Origin: Catajapyx aquilonaris
Lineage: Eukaryota
Assembly: GCA_000934665.2 (NCBI GenBank)
Contig: JYFJ02000746.1
Location: forward strand, 62,001-111,367
Direction of reading: 5' to 3'
DNA length: 49,367 nucleotides
Positions 36,991-48,317 of the stretch are shown piece after piece. Within the stretch, counting starts at the first letter, position 1; every line of letters starts with the position of its first letter. The notes beneath the pieces were generated by a model, which saw nothing but the letters and a program-made list of their open reading frames with translations, searched no databases and was not told the origin of the DNA. The translations under genes were made by a program, and so were the position numbers.

Positions 36991-38484
36991 TTATGAATCT
37001 GGGGGTGGGGTGCAAGATTGTGTCTTTCTCAGAAGCAACTGGCTCAGAATGTCCGGATTCTCCTGCAAAAGGACCCAGTCAGATGTGCGCATGAGCTCTT
37101 CCACGTTGCTCTCCAGAAGATCCCAGGCTTTGTTCATCAAGCTGCTGTCGCGAGACGATGACTTGTGGGCTAAAACCAGGTATCGAATGACGTTGTTCTT
37201 CGACATTGAACTCTCCAACTTCTTCAAGCACAACGACACTAGATTTCTCATCCCAAATCGTTCCGCAGCTTGAAGAGTTTCTTGTAGGTACTCCGTCGGT
37301 GGCTTCCCGGTGTACACGTACCGTAGAATCTGACACACAAAAAAAGGAGTTGTCAATGTCATAAGTTGATGTCAATTTAATTGTACAAGGGTCGAATCTT
37401 GTGCAAAATTTGACAATGATTTACCTGCTCCATGGCTTCTGCTGTAATACCTGAGAGAATAGCTAGCCTTCCATCCAGCTCTTCTTCTAGTGCCTGCCAA
37501 AGCTCAGGGCTTCTGGAGGCCAGCACTGCCCGATGGACAGCGAAACTGTCCCTTCCAGCGTAGATGGTCAGGTCGCTCCAATTTCCGCTTTGAAGAAGGG
37601 CGTTCAGGAATGGACATTCTTCTGGAGGAACCACGTCTGAGGACACCTCCGTTCCTTGCATCTGGTGGTTCAGACTGGGAGGCTGTGAAGCCCTACCCCC
37701 GACACATGTGGACTTCTGTTCCATGACCCGGATGTTTGCCACCACTGTGATCACATCCTTATCCTCTTCTCTGAAATAACCAAACGCGTCATTTTTGATT
37801 GCATATGGCTCGCTGGACACGTGCTCAACGTTTTTCAATATTTATGTCAGTTATGTCCACTGTATTACAATCACTTTAAAAAAAAAAATCCACTGACCTA
37901 TTATAGAGACGGTTGGCATCCTACCTGCAGACGCAAGCACAGTCAAATAAAAAATGCACTCGCCTTGACATGAAGAATGAAAACGGTAGGATGGATCTGG
38001 AGGCCTTGTTGAACAGCTCTTCTCTTTGCGAGAACGAATACCAACCCCAGCAGTTTTGAGACTGAGTGAAGGCCCTGCCTTCGTTGTCTTTGGTCACCAG
38101 AGTCCCTTCGGAGGGCTCTATGCTCAGCTTAAACTGGGTGATTACCGGTCTTGGAAACTCCTCCAGAGGATGTCCTCTCAGGCAAAGAAACAGGGATATC
38201 ACCTCTCCGTTTGTGTCCCTGTGTCCTCTAGGGTATAGAGACAGGTACCACCGAGAACCATCCGGACTTGAGGACGAAAAAGTAGGCGATTCAACATCCT
38301 CTCCTTTTTTCTCTGCCCTTATGCTGAAATTGTTCACTGCCCACTTGTACGTCAGCTGTGCCACAGTGTGATAACCTGTGCTGCACCAGTCGTCCACAAC
38401 GTCGGTGCTGCTGCTGTCTCCGTACGTACAACTCACTCCGAGCACCAGGCTCAAAAGCGCTAGATTCTCAACTCCGACCCTCAT
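36991..38484 (-). CDS. Predicted secreted MATH-BTB-BACK protein
   Basis: Leader MRVGVENLALLSLVLGVSCTYG. Exons 38484-37964 (GC donor), 37770-37425, 37329-36991. BTB segment WSDLTIYAGRDSFAVHRAVLASRSP..ILRYVYTG. Confidence 0.82.
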
Positions 38485-38846
38485 CTTTCTTAGATGAGAT
38501 CCACTTCCAGAGTGTAGTAAGGAAATAAAAATGTGGGGGGATGTCACCTTCGGACACTGTTTATCTGTCTGACCAAAGACCACCAAGTATTGGCTGACCT
38601 CGCGGGTGACTTTTTTATTGAAATACTGCCCCCCCACGATTTCTGGTTCTTGCACGTTGCGTTGTTTCGGACACGATTTGAGAGGTCAGGAAAGTTCAGG
38701 CCTATTTATAGAGTTCAAGGAGTACTTGTGAGATAAACTGGAGAAAAAAAAGATCAGCAATAAACACATAGTGGAAACTATCAATATCTGTATATATTTG
38801 CTCGTGTATAGTATATAGGGAGAAGGGAAAATATTTATTCGGGAGA

Positions 38847-40222
38847 TTACAACTTTGATTTCTGTTTTTGTATGATTAGCTTAAATATCTCGTGAGCCAC
38901 TTGAGGAGAGCTGATCAGAAGGGTCTTCCATCCCTGAGTTCTGGTGACTTTCTCGTGATTTTGCAGGACGAATTTCCAAGCCGTTTTCTCCAGGGGATCC
39001 ATGTCGTAGAAATGGGAAATTGACAGGATCTGAGCAGCTGTTTGTATGTCCAGCCTTTCCTCCAGCAGTTCTTGAATCGCGGAGGCCATTCCAGTCACAT
39101 TGAATCGAGACGACAGCTCAAGAAGCTCCACAATGTTGTCTTCGGTTGCATCTGAAGGCTTCAAAACTCCGGAGTAGACGTAGTGCAAGAAAATGCGAAA
39201 GTTGTCCTCCTTTACTTCTTCCAGCACTCTCTTGTTGCCAGTACCACTCAATTCCCAAGCTGGAATCCGGCTCTCCAGGATAGCCCTATGAGCCTTGAAC
39301 GTCGTGTTTTCAACCTGAAATTAAAAATATAATAATTATGTAATTTAAAATTGCCTGGTAAGCATCCATATAGTTTGTGCTTACAATTATGTCGATATCG
39401 CTGAGAGATTGTGTCTGCAATGCCTTTTCCATCCTCTCTTGAGTGTTCTTGCATTCAGTCTTCATCACATAGTCCATACTAGGACCATCCTCGCAGTTGC
39501 TCATCTGGTAGTGATGCAATATGCTCGTCTCGATGGTGAGTGTGTTGTCAGAAGACACGTACTTCAACATCAGTTTCCTGTCTACAAACAGATTCCATCC
39601 GACGCATCCTCCAGTCAGCTTCTTTGGCCTTTTGGACCACCGGAAGTAGCGTGGAAGATAGATTCTTCCTCTTTCGACAACTGGAGGTGCAGGCAGGGTC
39701 ACGTTCAGTTCAACACTGTACGTCGCTTTGCTGCTTCCGGATGCTAAGCACAAGAACAAGCCAGTCGTGTTCGTCAGAGTTTCCTAAAGTTAGATTAATC
39801 CAAGTTATACATTGGGAGTAAACGGGCTAATTAGGTCATGAAGTCTCGTGAATAAATTGTAATGACTTACCTCTATGTGAAGATGCTTGGTGTCAGTTTC
39901 CGTGTCCTTTGCTTGCTGTCCAGAAAACGGTCGGAACAGAAGTTTCCAATGGAAATGGTAATTCGAAGTGGGACGAATTGGGAAGCTGGGAGATGCCAGC
40001 TGCTCGTTATGCATGGTCAGATTATGGATGACCCAAGTCATCTGCAGGTATCGTTCGTAAGGGGAGGTCCAACATTCTCCAATTTCGGAGGTAGACACTT
40101 CGGCGTCAATTTTCAGGATAAGACACGCCATCTGAAACCCACAACGTGTCCTGATGATAGCCACAGATTGTTGCACACACGGTACTTACCAATAGCAAGA
40201 CTCCAATATACCATAGTTTCAT
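38847..40222 (-). CDS. Predicted secreted MATH-BTB-BACK protein
   Basis: Exons 40222-40190, 40131-39871, 39783-39385, 39314-38847. The spliced leader peptide is MKLWYIGVLLL/MACLILKIDA. BTB segment LSDIDII/VENTTFKAHRAILESR..FLHYVYSG. Confidence 0.82.
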
Positions 40223-40448
40223 TTTGAAGATGGAGTGCAGTACTGGCGGTTGAGGCTTCGGTGTCGGAACAGCAGCAAATGTTACGAAATCGCTTCATAT
40301 ACTGATTACTATGTAATCCGCTACCAAGGAATCCAAAATAACTGCAACGTTAACATGTTGTAATCGCAACGTTTTATTGTTCAATTGTGGAAATTCTTAA
40401 GACAATAGTTCATTGAACAGGATACAATGGGTGTGAGTATCTGTTGCT

Positions 40449-41892
40449 TCAAGATGCATCTTTTGCATAGAACAGGTCATCAACAACAGGAAGAACATGA
40501 TGGGTGTAGTTCCTGGCTCCCTTTTCCGTGAAAACATTTCCACCCCCTTTTCTAATCTCCCTAAGACGCTGCAACTCGTACAGCACCTCCCCAATAAAAG
40601 TCGGCTTCTTCTTCATCAGCATGTCCCATCCCTCAGAGGTCATGACCTGATCCGTGTTGTCCAGAACAAACAGCATGGCCAAGTCCTTTGCTTCTGTCGT
40701 GTTGGACATCTCCGCCACGTCCAATATGTGAGCCGCAGTGTCCACTCTCAGGCCTTCAATCAGCTTCTTCCGCAACTCAATCACCAGCTCAGTCACCTGC
40801 ATCACTTCTGCCAGACCAATCAGCTCTGCAGATATCTTCTCAACAGGTGGGAGGTGACCAGTGTACAAGTAAATCAGGAACTGCAAAATTAAATCAGGGT
40901 CAAAAAAAAGTACGCTGCATTTGACTGAATGGCGCATACCCTTCTGGCAGAGTCGGGCTTTGTCTTGACCAAATTGGCCTTGCCCTTTTTTAACAGACGT
41001 TCCAAAAGACCAGGTTGACGTGCTTGAAGAACCACTTTGTGGGTGGGAAGTCGCAGAGATCCAACCTGTTTGGACAAGGTTAAAAACTGGTTTAAAAAAA
41101 AACTAGAACAGGTGCACAGATTAACAATTAAATCAGACTTGAAATTGGCTGTCGGAGTAGAGGCCCTTCTTTAAGGCTGTTTCTAGTCGCCAACTGGTCC
41201 TCCTGCATTCCAAGCGGTGGATCTCTTCAGCAGCGTGCAGACACGATCGAGAGGGCATGACCTGGGTCACTTTCACCTCAATAAAGAGCATGAAAAATAG
41301 TTAGGTCTACACTGTTTTAGTGGTTTCCGGCAACAATACCTTGAAGTGCAGGCTGTCATCCTGTTTTAGATGGTCCCTGAAGAGCCTGGTACGTCCAACA
41401 AATGCGGGCCATCCGATGCACTCTCCTTTAGTGAAGTCGTGGTCACTGCTCATGGGTCGTACCAGGTCTGACCCTCGACCATTGGCCTCCAGAGTGATGT
41501 GAACCCTAGCCACCTGCTGGTTCGACGGTGCGTAGGACAAGCAGGTGAACACTGACAAGTAGTCCGGACCCGCTTCCACCGAACCCTAACAAATAACAGA
41601 GTTATAGCGCACACAACAATACACTGGAAAGAGTGCACCTTACTAATGGGAAGACCACAAGTCGCCATCGAGAAACAGCTGCGTTCAGGGAGAACTCTGG
41701 CGACTGTATGCTCTGTCCAACACCCTCAGCTCTGATGGTTAAGTTGCCAAGGACCCACGTGAATTCCAGGACACGCGGTGAATACTCGGTGACACACGGT
41801 ATCGCAGCCCATGAAGTTGTCTCCGTCAAAGACCGGCTGAAACCCAGCACAAACGCGAAAAGAAATGCACCAGAAAGAAGCATATTGGACAT
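40449..41892 (-). CDS. Predicted secreted MATH-BTB-BACK protein
   Basis: Leader MSNMLLSGAFLFAFVLGFSRS. Exons 41892-41644, 41585-41340, 41276-41139, 41065-40940, 40880-40449. BTB segment YSDSQFQ/VGSLRLPTHKVVLQAR..FLIYLYTG. Confidence 0.82.
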
Positions 41893-42056
41893 GTGCACCA
41901 ACTTGTGCACCAACTGGAAATAAAAAAGGGGAGGCCTTCAATGCATCTTAGGGGTTTTGTTTGCGCACATAGCTAATGACGCGCGTGAATTCCAGACAAG
42001 AGAAAAACAATGTTGTCGAGAAGCTTGAAATTTTTTTATTCGAGCATGTTTACACG

Positions 42057-44094
42057 TCATTCCGAGTTGTTTGTCGGAGTGTCCGGTATGCCGGGCGTCA
42101 TCGTGGTGACGTCAGCTTTGTTGCTGAGGTCCACCATCCTCCGGAATGCTTCGGAGGCCAGATGCGGGGCTCCCTGGACCAGCACCTTCCATCCCTGGGT
42201 CTCCATCACGCCCTGGGTGTCCTCCAGCACCACGGCCCATGCTTTCTCCTTCAGGTCATCCAGATGGTGGGCATCGGCCACCTGCAGGACTCTGGCGGCG
42301 CTGTCCACATTCAGCGCCTCTTCCAATGTCCGGGTTGATTCCTCAAGCAATCCGGACACCTCAAACCGCTTGCAGAGATTCAGCAGACCAGACGTGATGT
42401 TGGACGCCTTTGGAACCGTTCCGCCGTACACATACCGAAGAAGCTGGAGCACATCTGAAGCGTCGGCGTCTGTCAGTGGCAAACCATGTCCTGACTTATT
42501 TGGGGACAGTTCCTTCAGCAGCTTTGGAATCCGGACGGACAGGATGGCCAGATGCACCCGGAACTGTCTGTCGCCCACACTGAAGGAGATATCGCTGACG
42601 TTCCGGGTGTCATCCTCCAGCTCCTCTTTCAGACGACGAGATGTCCACAGACACTCTTGCTGCTCGCCGTTCCTGTCAGAATATTCTTTTCCAGGGCTGG
42701 AACATACCTCAACGTCGTCCAGCACGTCGATGCTGGCCACAATCTGCACCGAAAACATAAATATTTAGTGGTTTTTCTAGTAATTTATGTAAATACAGTC
42801 AAACGTGGTGAGATTGTGCCAGTTGGGGTGAGATTGTGCCAGTGCATTTTTTTTGGACAACATTGCGCCCTACACCGAATTTTACTCATCGTTGCCAACT
42901 TTGGCCATCCCTCAGTGTAGTGAAACATCCCCACCAGTGTACGCCACTGTTGTCCAAAAATCCGCTGGCACAATCTCACCCCCAATTGACGGGTAATTTA
43001 AGAAAATTAAATCTTCCACTAAGATTTACTCAATGCATTTTGAACGTCATAACTATTAAGGTTTCATCAGTTGAAAGTTTGTAACCGGATCCAAAGGTCA
43101 CATGAATGGCAGAGTTACGAAGTTGATAGTACCGTAAAAGGTCACACAGCTGGTAATTTGCATTTTTTATGATAATCAGTTGAACTTTTCCTCCCTTAAA
43201 AGTACGTGAACTGTTCATGAACCTAGTCCAAACTCCAGATTTAAAGGTTGATCTTTCGTCATAATGTTTTAAATAAACTATTTTTCTCCCCTTGGAAATA
43301 GTTGATATGTCAAACCTTAAGGTGTCCCTGGTTGAGATGCTGAGAGATGACCTTCCTCCTGGGTAGAAACTCCTTCCAGCCCCTGCAGTTTCCTTGCCGG
43401 AACATGGATGGATTTGGCGAGAACTTGGAGGCCACTTTGGCTTTTGTGTTGTTGTAGTTTGGCAGGGCAGACAGAGTGAAAAGGACTCTCTGTGGGTATT
43501 CTTTGGCTCGGTTTAGGCACAGGTAGAGTCCTATCCATCTCTGATGAGGCTTTCCTTTGGAGCTGGGTCGACGTGTGTCCTCTGACCTCAGCTCATCGCA
43601 CCTGGCCAGACACATGTCAACCCAAGATGAACCCTTAGACATACTTCCCATGCACACATCCTGACACTGCTTCATCATCACAGGGCTGGAGAAACCATCT
43701 TCTTCCTACAACAATATGTCATGAGGTTCATGCAAAGTTTTCAAAAAGGTCAAACAACTTGCCTTCTTGTCCACTGCATCTTCAACAGCCAGAGAAGGAT
43801 AGAGGACAATCTGCCAGCTGGAAGGATTCTCGTGGTCGTGGAAGTTTGGTGACCTTATGCTCTCTGACCCCATCTCACCGCGCATTTGGAACTGTCCGAT
43901 TTCCCATAGAAAGTGTATCGGAGTCTTCTCAGTGCTTGTCACGCATTGCTCCTGGTCCAGATAGCTTCCAAACACAGGTGCAAGGAAGAGCAGAATCTGA
44001 CATATTTTGAATGAAAAAAATAATAATTCAGATGAAAAATTTTAGGTTTTGAACCTCACTGAAAATTTCGACTTACCCAACACGAGGACCACAT
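42057..44094 (-). CDS. Predicted secreted MATH-BTB-BACK protein with a Cys-rich insertion in MATH
   Basis: Exons 44094-44077, 43996-43763 (GC donor), 43705-43316, 42743-42057. Leader MWSSCW/ILLFLAPVFG. BTB segment VSDISFSVGDRQFRVHLAILSVR..LLRYVYGG. Confidence 0.82.
42796..42993. mobile_element. TA-flanked MITE in an intron
   Basis: Imperfect TIRs cagtcaaacgtggtgagattgtgccag and ctggcacaatctcacccccaattgacggg, with subterminal ttttggacaaca/tgttgtccaaaa inverted pair and TA on both sides. Confidence 0.7.
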
Positions 44095-44318
44095 TTTGCC
44101 AGTGACTTCTCCGAGTTAATTACACAATCAACCCCGCCTTTTTTGTTTTCCATCAGACGAAAACTCCCCGATCCTTCCACCAGTCAGCGCTTGGCTCTCA
44201 AAAATTCTGTAATCAACTCCTCCTCCCCCCAAAAAAACATCTAGGAATTTTATCTGTAGTGTAAACAATCAGGAATTTTATTTCCACGCAAGATACACAT
44301 ATCTTTCAGATGGATTCT

Positions 44319-46429
44319 TTAGCCCCTAATGGAATTTCCCCCTTTGGGTCTGCCCATCAGCCTCTGGAATACCAGAGATGCCAACTGCGGCTCCTCGTTC
44401 AACAGCTGCTTCCAGGATCTGGAGGCAAGGACCTCTTCGGCCCGGTTGTCCAGATAAGTCCAAACTGCCAGCTGCAAACGAGGCAGCACAAATCTGTTGG
44501 TCATGCTCAGGAGAATGGCCGCTGTGTCATCTTGGAGGTCCTCAACCAGCAGATCCTCCATGGTCACCACGTGGTTGTTCATGCGGTACTGGGTCGCAAG
44601 GGTCAGAAGGTCAGGGTCCAATTTCGACAGCGGAGGAATGGTGCCCGAGTACATGAACACTAGAAACTGATTACATTTAATTAGCGTAATGCTGACCACC
44701 TAGAAACTCTGCAAATACCGTACCTGCTGGATAGCCCTTATAGAGATAGAGCCGTTTAACACTTCGTCGATTTGTTGCGCGATCATAGATTCGTAAAATG
44801 AAGGACTTCGAGCCCAAACGATAGCTCTGTGCACAGGAAACTCGTGTCCGGACATCTGAAATAATTACCGTACATAACCATCATAGCAGTTTGCTGCAAT
44901 ACACTGAAGAGTGGAAAATGCCAAAGGCTCTATAAGTGCCAGAAAATTAGAAATTGCGATTCTGCGTGCAAAAGTGACCTGCCCAGTCTCGTGCAGGAGG
45001 TTCAAAGTGCAAAAAAAAATCCTTCAAGATTTTTGGCACTTTGAGCCTTTAAAATTTCCACTCTTCATTTATGCACTAGAAATGATGACTAACTTGGAGG
45101 CCATAGTCAGCAAACTCTCTGTTGATGACCAGTTCTTCCTCCAGCATTTTGGCTGTTGTCTCGCATTCCTGGTAACGCTCGTCTTTGTGCGTGTGTTCCG
45201 GTACAGATCCTGGACAGATGTTTCTCTCCTCTATTCTTTCCACCACGATTTGAACACCCAAAGCGCCATTTGTCAAATATTCCTTTAAAAAAATAGTATC
45301 TACAAATGGGTCTAAACACATGTTGTTGTGAGACTTACCCTTTCCAGCCTCACCCTGTCAATAAAGTTGGGCCACCCCCAACAATCGGATGAAGCAAAAG
45401 GAAACAATCGCAGCATGTTCTTCATCACGTTCTGCACTGAGCTTCCAAGGGTCGAGTACAGACTGACGTTGAACGTTGCCCTTTCGAGACGCACCTCTGA
45501 GTACTTCAGACAGACGAAGATACCAACATAGTCGCTCTGGGAGTCCTTCCTTCCCTATTCATCAAAACCCATTTAATTGTGTCAATCTGTGTCAATAAAA
45601 AATACTACAGGAGTAATTATCCTGCCAAGTTATTTCCCTTCATACAGTGGAGCTGGAAAAGTTGCATACTTGACAGGGGCGGGCGTCTAGCCACTTAAAA
45701 TTCGTTTAGAATTATTGTGCAATGTTACACAATCACAGATCGTTTAATTTAGGGGATTTACTTCTAGTAATTAATTGCAGTTAACTGATAAACTCCCGTC
45801 ATGACTCGAAGGATTGTTATAATATGATTTTTTTAAATGAGCACAACCGAGTGCGCAACACAGTTCGCGCAAATTGTTTCCAACATAGGGCCAACTTTTG
45901 CGATGTTGCCAAGGCTCTAGAATGAACAGTAGAGGCTACATGAGGAGTAACTGTGGCAACGTTGTTGTTGTTGCTCGAGTGTGGGTTGCGCTTGTTAAAA
46001 AAATCATCTATAGTTTAAGTAATTCAGGGCAATTTTACCAGTCGCCAGTACCTGTTGGTCATACTTCTCTCATTAACAAAAAGTTGTAACTGAAATATGC
46101 AATTAGAGCTTTCTAAGAAGCACTCTTGCATTGCAGTTTTGTTTTTTTGCTAATGACGACAGAGCAGACCAACTGATTGATTGCCATACCCTTGGGTACA
46201 AAATGACGTTCCAGCGTGTCTCTTGTCGTTTGTCGTAGAACGATGGTGAGTTGATGGCCTCTCCTCTGTCTTCAGGACGAAGAGTGTAGTTTTGGATCAC
46301 CCACTCGAAATGGATCTGGTTAGCCCTCAGCACAGTCTGGCACGACGGCACCTTCCCCCATTTGATGCTAGCCGGTACACCCACGAAAAACGACATCAAA
46401 AGCACCGAAAGAAGAAGACGACCTTCCAT
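44319..46429 (-). CDS. Predicted secreted MATH-BTB-BACK protein
   Basis: Leader MEGRLLLSVLLMSFFVGVPA. Exons 46429-46190, 45554-45339, 45282-45093, 44855-44724, 44666-44319. BTB segment FADYGLQ/MSGHEFPVHRAIVWARSP..FLVFMYSG. Confidence 0.82.
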
Positions 46430-46606
46430 CTCGATCAGAAGCCAACGAGCAAGTACATCGAATCAGGTGTGTGTGTGAGAGAGACAAAGGTGTCAGGAAG
46501 TGTTAGGTACGCAATGTAAACAACCCATTATCATTTAATTCCCCGAACCCATTGTGGGAATGTTTCTCTTTATTTGGAGCTTCTAGGAAATTCGCGTTTC
46601 TGCGAA

Positions 46607-48317
46607 TTACAGCTGGGATTTCACGATTTTGGCGAACATCTCTCCAACCACCTGGGGACGTGTCAGGACCAGGTTTTTCCAGTAAGGCGTGTCCAGCACC
46701 TCATGGGCGTGGGCCACCACAAACTTCATGGCCTTTGTCCTCAGCTCCTCTGCACCTGTCTCATCAGCCACCTGAAAAGCAGAACATCTACCTAAATGTC
46801 AAGAGCAATGGACAAACATATCCTGGCGCTATTATCAAAATTAGCTAGAAAAAACGCTCGCTTCGTGCGCATTTTTCTATGGAGAAACACTCGCTTCGCA
46901 CGTTAATGTTTTATTTTTCTCTAGCTTTCACCTTGATAGAGTGCTGATGCTTGTGTAGCGACAGGACATTGCATATACGAACCTGAAGAAGGTGGCCAGC
47001 ATTTTCCACAGTGATGGTGGGTATCAGTGCCTTTTCGCATGTACGCTTCAGGCCAGGTATGCCATACATGTGGGACAAAACCAACAGGTCAGGGGTCAGC
47101 TTGCCCAGTTTCTCGACATGACCCAAGTAAAGGTACAGGATCAGCTGAAAAAACCAATGTCTGATTAAGTATCTCTGAGGAAATCATCTACACTTTTGGC
47201 GCATCGTACCTGCTCTGCTACTTCGTCAGTCACGTTTGCTATGGTGTAAGTGTCACCTGAACCAATCTTTTCGATGGCCTCCCACAATCCAGGGCTTCGG
47301 GCGTACAAGATGACCTTATGAACAGGAAAAGTGCGGTTCCCTGCCTTGATCTTGAAGTCGCTGAAGTTGCCTGAATCCACCAGGTTGTCGAAGCCCATCA
47401 AGGGAATGTTGCATTCAGGCCAGTTGGTGTGAGGAGCCTTGTTGTCTCCCTGAATTAAATTTAAAAAAATATATATTTAGCATTTTAAAATGATGACGTC
47501 ACTGAAGCCATATTGAAGTGTGACGTCACTGTTTCATGACGAAATGAAAACTTGCCTTCAGACCAGTTCCAGAGAATAATTCAGGCAGAGTGGCGTTTGA
47601 GGAGCATTCTGTGACCTCCTTTGTCCTGCCCACCTCGACCTGCATGACCAGGGTGTCTTTTGGCAAGAAGTTCTTGATGAGCTCAGCCCTGCTGATGAAG
47701 TTGGCCCAACCCCAACATTCGCTGACACCCTTTTCCTGTCCTGAGAACTTGACCAGACGCTCCAGCTTCTTCTCGTATGACCTCTTGTTGGATGCTGTGA
47801 CTGTGGAGGACTCATCTTCAATTGGTCTTGATGGCAGGTTGACCATCACGGTGGCTCGCTCCTCAGGTCGGACAGTGTACCTTGAAAATGAACACACAGT
47901 CAGACACAACCTCAACAGGACCATCACACATACGTACTTGAGGCAGACAAAGATGCTGAGGAAGTCGTGTCTGGCGTCGGTGGATCCCTGAGGATACAGC
48001 TCGACCATCCAGGCGCTTTGGGAGGAGGCGTCGTGGAACACTGGGGACGTCATTCCTTCACCTTTGACCTCTCCTCTCATGGTGAAGTTGGTGAGGACCC
48101 AACGGAACCTGAAGGACTCTGGTTGCACCTTAGTTTCGCACCATGTCTTCTCCTCCGTTTCGTCCATGTTGGTGGCCGAGGTGGTGACGGTGTTGCTGGT
48201 GGCGCTTGTGGTGATGGTGGTGCTGTCACCGGTGCCACCGATGGTGCACTGGCTCTCTCGCCATTGGGTGGACAGCAGGAGGATGTTGAGAAGAATTGCC
48301 TTGACTACACTCGCCAT
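46607..48317 (-). CDS. Predicted secreted MATH-BTB-BACK protein with a Thr-rich N-terminal spacer
   Basis: Leader MASVVKAILLNILLLSTQWRESQC. Exons 48317-47938, 47880-47556 (GC donor), 47449-47210, 47144-46983, 46771-46607. BTB segment FSDFKIKAGNRTFPVHKVILYARSP..LILYLYLG. Confidence 0.83.

Noticed and set aside
42010..42768. Long plus-strand ORFs such as 42010-42768, 6047-6688 and 47967-48518
   Set aside because: Antisense shadows of GC-rich minus-strand coding exons with no recognisable domains.
47881..47937. Hydrophobic stretch VCVMVLLRLCLTVCSF in ORF 47526-48317 as a transmembrane helix
   Set aside because: It is a 57-nt GT-AG intron that happens to be in frame; removing it restores CLK/YTVR as in the paralogue (CLKYSEVR).
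8412..48317. The NFS sequon in W.I.NFS as evidence for secretion
   Set aside because: Intracellular SPOP already has INNFS at this position, so it is inherited and not independent evidence.
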